From NCBI GenBank assembly GCA_046595995.1, contig JBKJNB010000160.1, forward strand, positions 2,032 to 66,031: a DNA stretch of 64,000 nucleotides, written 5' to 3'. The position numbers and the translations under genes are program-made. Under the pieces are notes generated by a model. The model did no database searches. It was not told the DNA's origin and saw nothing but the letters and a program-made list of their open reading frames with translations. Source of the stretch: Candidatus Kapaibacteriota bacterium (lineage in GTDB: Bacteria > Bacteroidota > Ignavibacteria > Kapaibacteriales > Kapaibacteriaceae). Numbering within the stretch: position 1 is the first letter of the stretch; each line of letters opens with the position of its first letter. Shown piece by piece: positions 19,126-27,231 of the stretch.

Positions 19126-20298
19126 TTACGAAGGACCGACGAGGCCTGTTTCTCGCAGCATGGTTTGAATGCCCGCTGAGATCTCATCCGCGGAAATGTT
19201 TGCCACCGACGTTGTCTCAGTTACGCACGCAATGCTGTATGAGTCATAGGGGTACCAGGGGTGCACTGCCGGTATCTCTGGGTGGTAAAGGACAACACTC
19301 GGCATTTGCCAAGCAGCAGCAAGATGTACAGCCGCCGTATCGGGCGTAACGAGCGCATGCATGCACGAGAGGGCGCAAGCGTAATCGTGAAACGATGGTG
19401 AAGCGGGTACAGCGTGCGCACCCGTCGACGAACACACCGCTCGTTGTACCTCGAGAAGGTCAGGCGTCGTGAAAATGAAGAAGTCAACCCGCGGATGTTT
19501 TGCTTGTACCAATCCGATGAATGCCGTGATCGTCGAGGCTTCCATTCGACGTGACAACGTCGAGCCGCTGATGTTTACGCCAACACGGATTCTCGCAGGG
19601 GTCGCAGGGCCGAGGGGCTCCAACGTGCTGGAATTAATACGAAGGGGCTCCGCCGCCACGCTCGGCTTCATACCGAGGGTTAGCATTGCTGCAGTTCGTT
19701 CCTCGTCGGAAATGTCGTACGACATGTGCTTATCTACACTCGCAGGGTCGATGCCGAATGGCCATAGAAGGCGCACAATGCGGTCTACGATGTGCATGGC
19801 ATCGCGGGGCACACGAGGAACGACGTGTGTGTACACGCCTCGGTTCTCCTTATCGATGCCAATGGCATAATTCGCATTCGACATCGTTACAAACATCGAC
19901 GAAGTCGAGGATGCGTTATCTGTCATATCAACGACGATATCGTACGCATTGGCACGCATATGAGAACGCAATGCAACGATACCAACGACAGTCTTTTTAT
20001 AGTGCAGGACGTTGTCTACATATGGGTCGTATGCACGCCTTGCGGCGATGTTGTTGTCGCTTAATAGCGCATCGATGCGAGCATTGGGAAAGCGTTTCCG
20101 CAGTGCACGTACAATGGGTGTACTTATAAGTACATCCCCAATGCGGTCCTGACGCAGCACGAGAATGCGCGGTGTGTCACCAACCTTAAGGGCATCGTCT
20201 GGGTGCGTCACCACGACGGGGATGCGATCGGCACGAAACCAACGATTGAACCGCTTGCGTACGGCGAGCTCGATTGATTTCTTAAAGGAATAACTCAC
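19126..20298 (-). CDS. glycosyltransferase family 9 (ADP-heptose:LPS heptosyltransferase-like)
   Basis: RILVLRQDRIGDVLISTPIVRALRKRFPNARIDAL at the N-terminus and TPDTAAVHLAAAWQMPSVVLY near the C-terminus are GT9 hallmarks. Confidence 0.7.
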   Translation of the reverse strand: MSYSFKKSIELAVRKRFNRWFRADRIPVVVTHPDDALKVGDTPRILVLRQDRIGDVLISTPIVRALRKRFPNARIDALLSDNNIAARRAYDPYVDNVLHYKKTVVGIVALRSHMRANAYDIVVDMTDNASSTSSMFVTMSNANYAIGIDKENRGVYTHVVPRVPRDAMHIVDRIVRLLWPFGIDPASVDKHMSYDISDEERTAAMLTLGMKPSVAAEPLRINSSTLEPLGPATPARIRVGVNISGSTLSRRMEASTITAFIGLVQAKHPRVDFFIFTTPDLLEVQRAVCSSTGAHAVPASPSFHDYACALSCMHALVTPDTAAVHLAAAWQMPSVVLYHPEIPAVHPWYPYDSYSIACVTETTSVANISADEISAGIQTMLRETGLVGPS

Positions 20299-21398
20299 AA
20301 CGCGGGCCTTAGCGATTCACTAGACGTCGAACTGAACAGACGAACGACAGCCGACCTTCGAGCAGTATCCGTTGCGAACGCTGGTGTTACAGCATACGGA
20401 GCCAGTAATGTACGATCGTCTGCAAAACGCCGCAGCATGTCTGGCAACGAGTCCACGTCATAGAAAATGGAGTCGGCTAATGACACGTGTTTCTCGAAAC
20501 CACGTTCGAGCATGAGAGGTTTACCATATGCCCATGCGCCAGACATTGCGCCGGTAATGCGTGAACGGACGTAAAAATGATAATCCTGACACGAAGGATG
20601 TGTCAGTGGCAACACCACGTCTGCATCACTAATCATCTGGGCATATACATCATGTGGAATGTAATCATCATGCACTTCGATCATACCAGGTGGAGCCGCA
20701 TCCACCATACGTGCAAGCCGCGGTCGATCTTCAGGGTCTGCACCTCCGGCAAGAACGAAATGAACGTTAATGCCCATGAGGGCGAAGCCATCGGATGTTA
20801 GAATCGAATCGTAATCGCGTCGCAACCAATTAATGCCGCCGGCAATCACAACGCGCAGTGGCACGTCAGTGGCTTCTTTGCGATAACGTGCATCATCGGG
20901 TGTACTCGCACGATACTGTGATTCAGCCGCCGTTGCTGTAACCACCATAACAGGCTTCTTAAAACTTGCGGGCACAAGGTCAAGTAGGTAAGGGGCTAAC
21001 ACGGCATATGCATCGACGTTCCGTGTCACGATTTGCTGATTCGAACTCTCGGCAATCTTTGACACGTCATGTAGGATGCCAATAACTGTGCAACACTTAG
21101 GAAGTAGTACCGACAAGTCGCGCAGCGTTGTGCCCGATGCTGTGTTTAGCACTACGTGTGTGATACGGTTTCGATTTACATAGTGTCGAATGCGCAGAAT
21201 CATTTTCAATCGACGCCACAAGCCTCCACTTGCCTCAGCCACTAACCAATCTACAGCGTCGGTGATTGCAAGACGCTTCCAGACGCGAGCAGGGCACGCC
21301 ACATAGACCTCTGCGTGCATGTACTTCAGGTCACGATACCACGAAAGCAGCACTTCGTCGTGCGATGTGCCGATTTCGACGATAAGTACGCGCGTCAC
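20295..21398 (-). CDS. putative glycosyltransferase (divergent, GT-B-like)
   Basis: 367 aa with no strong motif. Call rests on position inside the glycosyltransferase cluster, ATGA-type overlaps with both neighbours, and a Rossmann-like N-terminus (MTRVLIVEIGTSHDE). Confidence 0.35.
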   Translation of the reverse strand: MTRVLIVEIGTSHDEVLLSWYRDLKYMHAEVYVACPARVWKRLAITDAVDWLVAEASGGLWRRLKMILRIRHYVNRNRITHVVLNTASGTTLRDLSVLLPKCCTVIGILHDVSKIAESSNQQIVTRNVDAYAVLAPYLLDLVPASFKKPVMVVTATAAESQYRASTPDDARYRKEATDVPLRVVIAGGINWLRRDYDSILTSDGFALMGINVHFVLAGGADPEDRPRLARMVDAAPPGMIEVHDDYIPHDVYAQMISDADVVLPLTHPSCQDYHFYVRSRITGAMSGAWAYGKPLMLERGFEKHVSLADSIFYDVDSLPDMLRRFADDRTLLAPYAVTPAFATDTARRSAVVRLFSSTSSESLRPAL

Positions 21399-22537
21399 GC
21401 CATCGCCTCATCGTATGCCTGTAACGTCAAGCGTGCAGTGTTCTCCCAAGAAAACCGTTGCGCCCTTTCCAAGCCCCTTACTTTGAGATCGGCGATTAGC
21501 GCGTCGTCCTCGAGCAAACGCATCATTCCGTCGCGGATAGCATCGTGATTGTAGGGGTTCACATACAAGGCAGCTTCACCACCTACTTCGGGAAGCGACG
21601 AACCGAACGAAGTCAACACAGGACATCCACAGCGCATTGCTTCGAGCACAGGTAGTCCGAAGCCCTCGACAAGTGTTGCGAAGGCAAGTGCGCGCGCCTG
21701 CGTCAATAGCATGACGATGTCGGCTGTTGTAAGGCCATATACGGTTCGGATGCTAGCATTGCGAAGAACCTCGGCATTCCGAATCTTGAACTTGGCAATG
21801 TCCTCGCGCAGGCCGCTCAGGGCAAGCACAAAGAGCGCGCCACGCAGGCTGGATACCGGTATGTCGAGAAATGCATGCATCATTCCTTCTATGTTCTTGC
21901 GGTCGTCTACGCGTCCAACGTACAGTAAATAGCGGTCGTCTTGGGTAAGCCCAGCGCGCGTTAGTAGCTCTGCCGAAATCGCTGTGGGTTTGAATTCTGC
22001 ACCGGCAGCGAGCGGCGTTGTGCGAATTCGTGCAGCATGCTGCGGGTAGCGCTCGGCAATCGTTTGTTCAACATACTGCGATGGCGCTAGTATCATCGAC
22101 GCATTGTGAACAAGTACATCGAGCTCTCGAGTAAACTTCTCGACGCGCACATCATCCCAGTAATCGTCTAAGGTTAGCGGAAACAAATCATGCACCATCA
22201 CAACAAAACGCTTCACCGGTGGCAGCCAACGACAATGCGTTGTAAGGTGCACAAGATCGACGTCCGACATCTTCCTTCGCCATACACGCTTCTGCAATTG
22301 ACGTGTTACGAGCCGAAACATAGGCCCGAGCATCATGTCGTGTGGCATACCTAAACGTACCTCGACATGCTTGCCACCCGCTACAAGTGCGCTTATCGGT
22401 TCCTCACAACTTGTGCGTGTGAGCACTACGTATTCGTTGCGCATATCCATTGCAACAACATGGCGCATTACTTCACGAGCATAACGATCGATGCCAATGT
22501 GACTGAGAATACCGCTCGCGTCGAACCCAATCTTCAT
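21395..22537 (-). CDS. glycosyltransferase family 4 (GT1-domain)
   Basis: EGFGLPVLEAMRCGCPVLTSFGSSLPEVGG matches the canonical GT4 E-x7-E region. N-terminal MKIGFDASGI. Confidence 0.75.
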   Translation of the reverse strand: MKIGFDASGILSHIGIDRYAREVMRHVVAMDMRNEYVVLTRTSCEEPISALVAGGKHVEVRLGMPHDMMLGPMFRLVTRQLQKRVWRRKMSDVDLVHLTTHCRWLPPVKRFVVMVHDLFPLTLDDYWDDVRVEKFTRELDVLVHNASMILAPSQYVEQTIAERYPQHAARIRTTPLAAGAEFKPTAISAELLTRAGLTQDDRYLLYVGRVDDRKNIEGMMHAFLDIPVSSLRGALFVLALSGLREDIAKFKIRNAEVLRNASIRTVYGLTTADIVMLLTQARALAFATLVEGFGLPVLEAMRCGCPVLTSFGSSLPEVGGEAALYVNPYNHDAIRDGMMRLLEDDALIADLKVRGLERAQRFSWENTARLTLQAYDEAMA

Positions 22538-22542
22538 TGATG

Positions 22543-23640
22543 CTACTCCTCGTATGTACTACTGTTCTTGCCTACGATGCCTAACAGGTCCATGACGGCA
22601 TCGACAACCTGTGCGGGTTCGATTGTGTCAACATCGACGGGTCCGTCGGTAAACACCGCCCTATACGGCACGCGGTGCGGCATCCATTGATTCAGGAAAG
22701 AAGTTTTATGCGAATAGATGCCCACCACGGGAATGTCAAGTGCAGCGGCTCCGTGAACGATGGACGTATCGGGTGTAATGATGACGTCTGCGCCGCGCAT
22801 TGCCGCGATAGAGTCGCGAATATCGCTCATTAAGGGAAGCATGTCTGCAAAGCCTTCGAATTCCGTGGCGAGTTGCTGCGCCATGTATACCCTTTCGCCA
22901 TGAGCCATAATCATCACGTGTGCGTCGGGCAGTCTCGCGCGTAGAAGCAAAATGCACTGCGCGTTGCGTTCGTGCGACCACATGCGGTAGGCATTGCCAG
23001 AAGAAAGGTTGAGGACAATGCGCGGGCTCCCTCGCCATTGAACGGGCACGGCACGAGGCAGGTGAAGGGTCAGCGGAACATCGTCTGCCTGCACGTTCCA
23101 ACCAAACAGCTTGTTCAGCACTTGAATCTGCATGTCGGCCATCGTCGTCAGGTTGCGGTTCACGTCGACCTGAGCACTAAACCAAGTCTGGTAGGAACTC
23201 GTTCGAGAGTCATGCGCAAACGTCACGGTCAATGCCTTACGTCCCGCCCACAAATTCGCATACATGCCGCCCTTCGTGGTCTTGTGTAGTACCAGCGCTA
23301 TTGCCAGGTCGTAATGTTCTCTACGTGTGGCACGCCGCACAGCGAACAGCGATCGAAGCGAGCCATCAAATATCATCGTTCGGCGTACACGAGGGTCGTT
23401 GGCAAGCAGGATGGCATTACGCGGACTTGCCACGACGTCGATCGTGGCGCCCAGACGCTCTTTTAACAACGTAAGCATCGGTGTGGTCACAATCATGTCG
23501 CCGATGGCATCCGTACGTAACAGCAGAATCTTATGAACGTCTTCAGCCTTCAGAGGAAGCGTAACAGGTTTCCGTCGCAGCCACCAGCGCGCAGGTGTGT
23601 ACAAAAGGTTTCGAACGAAGTCATCGACTCGCATTACCAC
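22543..23640 (-). CDS. glycosyltransferase family 9 (heptosyltransferase-like)
   Basis: HKILLLRTDAIGDMIVTTPMLTLLKERLGA and PDTSIVHGAAALDIPVVGIYSH are GT9 hallmarks. Confidence 0.7.
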   Translation of the reverse strand: MVMRVDDFVRNLLYTPARWWLRRKPVTLPLKAEDVHKILLLRTDAIGDMIVTTPMLTLLKERLGATIDVVASPRNAILLANDPRVRRTMIFDGSLRSLFAVRRATRREHYDLAIALVLHKTTKGGMYANLWAGRKALTVTFAHDSRTSSYQTWFSAQVDVNRNLTTMADMQIQVLNKLFGWNVQADDVPLTLHLPRAVPVQWRGSPRIVLNLSSGNAYRMWSHERNAQCILLLRARLPDAHVMIMAHGERVYMAQQLATEFEGFADMLPLMSDIRDSIAAMRGADVIITPDTSIVHGAAALDIPVVGIYSHKTSFLNQWMPHRVPYRAVFTDGPVDVDTIEPAQVVDAVMDLLGIVGKNSSTYEE

Positions 23641-23708
23641 CCCCTACTACGTCAAAGGGAGCCACGCGGGCTCCCTTTGGAAAAACATACGTAAACAACT
23701 GACCACGA

Positions 23709-24002
23709 TTAGTCCACCTGCGTTGCGACATCATAGTTGATGTCTTTAGCGAGCGAATAGATCTTATCAATTGCACCAGAGATCTCTGTAATTGTCTCCG
23801 GATCGTCGGATGCATCGTACGCTTCTTGCGACGGATACACATAGACTTCCTGGAAGTGATTGTGTCGCCCCTTAGACTCAAAGACGCCGTACTCCACGCC
23901 TGCTCCACCGTAGTATTCGCGGAGCTTCGAGATTGCTTGAAGATATTCTGGACGCTTACCGTCGGGAATCGAGTATGTAATGCGAAACTGGACCTTGGAC
24001 AT
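23709..24002 (-). CDS. small hypothetical protein (97 aa)
   Basis: ATG at 24002 gives MSKVQFRITYSIPDGKRPEYLQAISKLREYYGGAGVEYGVFESKGRHNHFQEVYVYPSQEAYDASDD..., compositionally protein-like. The longer track ORF (to 24122) adds an implausible N-terminus. Confidence 0.4.
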   Translation of the reverse strand: MSKVQFRITYSIPDGKRPEYLQAISKLREYYGGAGVEYGVFESKGRHNHFQEVYVYPSQEAYDASDDPETITEISGAIDKIYSLAKDINYDVATQVD

Positions 24003-24095
24003 ACGTAAAACGCCTTGCGATGCGGGGTTAGTATACTTTCTAAACGGAAAAATACGCAACGACTCGGTCGAAACCCGTCGCAATCTTTCAACACT

Positions 24096-24135
24096 AGAAT
24101 CTCTAGAGATTTCTGTTTGCAATCTGGCTAGAATC
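24096..24135. promoter_or_regulatory. imperfect palindrome centred on TCTAGA plus a direct repeat of CTAGAATCTC, upstream of the small ORF
   Basis: AGAATCTCTAGAGATTTCT (24097-24117) is nearly self-complementary. CTAGAATCTC recurs at 24126-24135. This is a candidate operator in the 125-bp gap between the E1-beta stop and the small gene start. Confidence 0.25.
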
Positions 24136-25102
24136 TCATTAGCTCTCGTGCAGCTGCTGCAATCTTATCGGAATCGGGTAACACTGCCTTCTCCAGCGAT
24201 GGCGCAAAGGGTGTGGGGCTGTCGAACGACGCAACGCGTTTCACAGGCGCATCGAGGTACTTGAAGGCCTTGTCGGCTATTCGTGCGGCGATCTCACCCC
24301 CGAAACCCGCTGTGAGCACGGCTTCGTGTGTAACGACAACACGTCCGGTTTTGCGTACGGAAGCCAGTACGGTCTCCTCGTCAAATGGCACCAGCGTGCG
24401 GATGTCAACAACTTCGACATCGATGCCCTCTTCGGCAAGGGTTGTCGCCGCTTGCAGACTCATGTGGACGGCACTACCGTATGTGATAACGCTAACTGAT
24501 TTGCCTTCACGGACGACACGTGCCTGACCGAGCGGAACGATGTATTCCCCTTCTGGGACCTCTTCTTTAATCTTACGGTAAAGCCCCTTGTGCTCATAAA
24601 AAATAACTGGGTTGTTATCGCGCATCGCCGCCGTGAGCAGCCCCTTGGCATCAGATGGGAAAGCAGGACAGACAACTTTTAGTCCGGTGGCGTGCACAAA
24701 CCATGCCTCTGAATTGCGCGAATGGAAGGGATTTGCTCCCACACCACCTCCGGAGGGTCCACGCACAACCATCGGCAACCCGATTCCCCATCGGTACGCC
24801 GTTGTGCCAGCCACCGTTACGAGCTGGTTAAATCCGTTCGTAACGAAGTCCATGAATTGCATTTCGACAATCGGACGCATCCCGTTTAACGCTGCACCGA
24901 TACCAGCGCCAATGATTGCCGACTCTGAAATGGGCGCATCGATAACACGTTCAGCTCCAAATTCTTCGATGAAGCCCTTCGTGAGTTTAAACGCACCACC
25001 ATACGTGCCGATGTCTTCGCCAATCATGAAGACCGATTTGTCTTTGCGCATTTCGATGCGCATGGCATCGGCAATGGCTTCGAGATATGTCATCACGGCC
25101 AT
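24128..25102 (-). CDS. 2-oxoacid (pyruvate/acetoin-type) dehydrogenase E1 component beta subunit
   Basis: 324 aa. Transketolase-like pyrimidine-binding domain (FMIGEDIGTYGGAFKLTKGF, EMQFMDF) and C-terminal domain (VITYGSAVHMSLQAATTLAEEGIDVEVVDIRTLVPFD). Confidence 0.85.
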   Translation of the reverse strand: MAVMTYLEAIADAMRIEMRKDKSVFMIGEDIGTYGGAFKLTKGFIEEFGAERVIDAPISESAIIGAGIGAALNGMRPIVEMQFMDFVTNGFNQLVTVAGTTAYRWGIGLPMVVRGPSGGGVGANPFHSRNSEAWFVHATGLKVVCPAFPSDAKGLLTAAMRDNNPVIFYEHKGLYRKIKEEVPEGEYIVPLGQARVVREGKSVSVITYGSAVHMSLQAATTLAEEGIDVEVVDIRTLVPFDEETVLASVRKTGRVVVTHEAVLTAGFGGEIAARIADKAFKYLDAPVKRVASFDSPTPFAPSLEKAVLPDSDKIAAAARELMRF

Positions 25103-25107
25103 GTGCG

Positions 25108-26088
25108 TCAGCCCTCGATGAAGACGTTGCGAAAACCTTCCTCAGCAGCGGGCCACGGCTTCTCGAGTGCTCTATCTATAGCGGTAATCATCTCTGCAAG
25201 TGTCGTTTTCTTTAGAGCAGCTACGTCATCGTGCGTTAGTACGCCACGTTCGGTAAGGGTCTTTGCGTACGTTTCTACAGGATCTTTTGCTGTCCATTCG
25301 GCAAGCATCTCTTTCGGTACGTATGCAAAGTCGTCATGCTCGGCATGACCCCGCAAACGCATCGTTTGTGTTTCAATAATGGAGGGTCCGTCGCCTGCCC
25401 GGGCACGCTTAACGGCACGCGAACACGCTTCGTACACAGTCTCGACATTTGTACCATCGATGGTCTCGCCATGAATACCATAGCCGAGCGCTCTGTCGGA
25501 TAGCTTCGCGCATGCGAACTCGAGGTTATTTGGTGTTGAGTATGCGTACTGATTGTTTTCGATGATGAGGACGAGAGGCAGTTTGTGTACTGATGCAAAG
25601 TTTAGCGCCTCGTGCACTTCACCCACTTGCGCGCCGCCGTCACCGATGTACGTCATGGCAACGCAATCTTCGCCACGCATGCGTGAGGCGAGCACAAAGC
25701 CCGCAGCAACAGGAAGCATTGCTCCGAGGTGGCTTACGTTTCCATAAATGCGCAAGGCCTCATCGGCATAATGTCCAGTGCCATCTGTACCACGCATCTG
25801 GCTGCCCTCACGAGCGAGGTGATTTACCATCAACTGGTCGAGGTTCTGGCCAAACACAAAGTGTGCGCCTATGTTGCGATGCATAGGAAACAGCACATCG
25901 CGCTTCGGGTCGAGCGCGTATGCCGAACCCACACTTGTGGCTTCGTTACCAAGCTGCGAATACACACCGCCAAACGCTTTGCCCTGACGGTACAAGCGCA
26001 ACATGGCAGCATCAAACTCGCGGGCCATAATCATGTACCGCAGAAGCAGAAGCGACTGGTCGGAGGGGAGCCTCAACGCTTTGGACAC
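25108..26088 (-). CDS. 2-oxoacid dehydrogenase E1 component alpha subunit (TPP-dependent)
   Basis: 326 aa. TPP-binding YIGDGGAQVGEVHEALNFASVHKLPLVLIIENNQYAYSTP. Confidence 0.85.
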   Translation of the reverse strand: MSKALRLPSDQSLLLLRYMIMAREFDAAMLRLYRQGKAFGGVYSQLGNEATSVGSAYALDPKRDVLFPMHRNIGAHFVFGQNLDQLMVNHLAREGSQMRGTDGTGHYADEALRIYGNVSHLGAMLPVAAGFVLASRMRGEDCVAMTYIGDGGAQVGEVHEALNFASVHKLPLVLIIENNQYAYSTPNNLEFACAKLSDRALGYGIHGETIDGTNVETVYEACSRAVKRARAGDGPSIIETQTMRLRGHAEHDDFAYVPKEMLAEWTAKDPVETYAKTLTERGVLTHDDVAALKKTTLAEMITAIDRALEKPWPAAEEGFRNVFIEG

Positions 26089-26486
26089 GCCTTCTTTACC
26101 TCTGCTACGCTAACGGGACCTTTGCTGTTGCCAAAGCTTGAGAAGACATACGTAAGTACGTTCGCAATGTCTTCACAGGTATACTTTTTGGGTAGCGGTG
26201 CCATCACGCCGTTGTATGTCTTACCGTTCACCACAACCTTGCCGTGTTTGCCATTCACAACTTCCTGAATAAGCGTTTTCTTCGGTGTATTGCGAATGTA
26301 GTCGCTGTTCGCAAGTGGAGGGTAGATACCAGGCGTGCCCTGCCCGTTCTGTTGATGACACGTTTTGCAGTACTCCAGGTAGACCTTCAGGCCTTTGGTC
26401 ATAGTAGCTGGGTTCGTTGCACACAGGGGAGCAGCGGTGGCTACGATTAGAGTGGTTGCAAGAGTGGTTAGGCGTCCGAAAAGCAT
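26073..26486 (-). CDS. class I c-type cytochrome (monohaem)
   Basis: Signal peptide MLFGRLTTLATTLIVATAAPLCA, haem-binding CKTCH, and a distal Met candidate in NGVMAPLP. Its 3' end overlaps the E1-alpha start by 16 nt. Confidence 0.7.
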   Translation of the reverse strand: MLFGRLTTLATTLIVATAAPLCATNPATMTKGLKVYLEYCKTCHQQNGQGTPGIYPPLANSDYIRNTPKKTLIQEVVNGKHGKVVVNGKTYNGVMAPLPKKYTCEDIANVLTYVFSSFGNSKGPVSVAEVKKACPKR

Positions 26487-26578
26487 GTACTAATTTACCA
26501 TAGGATTCAGAATTAGCCTTGCATATGTTGGCCCATTCGCCCATGAAGTATAGAGAACTCTCCAAACCATAGGATGTT

Positions 26579-27220
26579 ATGCGTAATGTTATCGTTGGTA
26601 TTGCACTCGTGGTGCTTTCGGCAGCCACTCTAGCCGCTCAGGTAAAGACGATTGAAACATCTACGACCGTGGACTCGACAGCAGCTGGATTAACAACATC
26701 CAAAAGCACGACCACAAAAGTAACAGAGGAGGTTGACGTTCCTCGGAACCACATGATTACAATCAATCCGCTGAAGTTCTTCCTGTTTTATAACCTGTCT
26801 TATTATCACGCTCTTTCCAATTCTATAGTGGTAGGTGGCGGACTACAGATGCCTACACTAAAGGATATTGGTGGATTCGGAGCAAATGCAGAAATGCGAT
26901 TCCATCCGTCTGGACGGCGTATGCGTGGTTTCTACCTGGCACCGAACATCTCGTTTAACTCTTTTTCGAGCACCTACACGACTTCATCAATGACTGATGG
27001 TACTGAAAGGCAGGAGACGATCTCTGCCACTGCTTTCTCCATCGGTGGTCTGCTCGGATGGCAATGGTTCCCGGGCGATGACTTCTCTATGGGCCTAGGC
27101 ATGGGGGTCGACAAGTACTTTGTGTCTTCAGCAAACGAGGACAACGTATTTACGGTGTTCAGCGCCTTCACTGGTGGTGTAACTCCAGCCTTCCGTTTCG
27201 ACATCGGCTACGCGTGGTGA
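26579..27220 (+). CDS. outer-membrane beta-barrel protein (small porin-like)
   Basis: Signal peptide MRNVIVGIALVVLSAATLAAQ, alternating hydrophobic beta-strand pattern, and a C-terminal aromatic ending ...FRFDIGYAW. Confidence 0.5.
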   Translation: MRNVIVGIALVVLSAATLAAQVKTIETSTTVDSTAAGLTTSKSTTTKVTEEVDVPRNHMITINPLKFFLFYNLSYYHALSNSIVVGGGLQMPTLKDIGGFGANAEMRFHPSGRRMRGFYLAPNISFNSFSSTYTTSSMTDGTERQETISATAFSIGGLLGWQWFPGDDFSMGLGMGVDKYFVSSANEDNVFTVFSAFTGGVTPAFRFDIGYAW

Positions 27221-27231
27221 TGTAATCCGAC

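Noticed and set aside
23655-23680. 10-bp perfect hairpin AAAGGGAGCC-ACGCG-GGCTCCCTTT between two minus-strand genes as a terminator
   Set aside because: No T-tract follows it on either strand in the transcribed orientation. It may be a structural or RNase element, but it is not a canonical intrinsic terminator.
23709-24122. 137-aa version of the small ORF with N-terminal MQTEISRDSSVERLRR...
   Set aside because: The N-terminal 40 aa are not protein-like and run across the palindromic element. The ATG at 24002 (MSKVQF...) is preferred.
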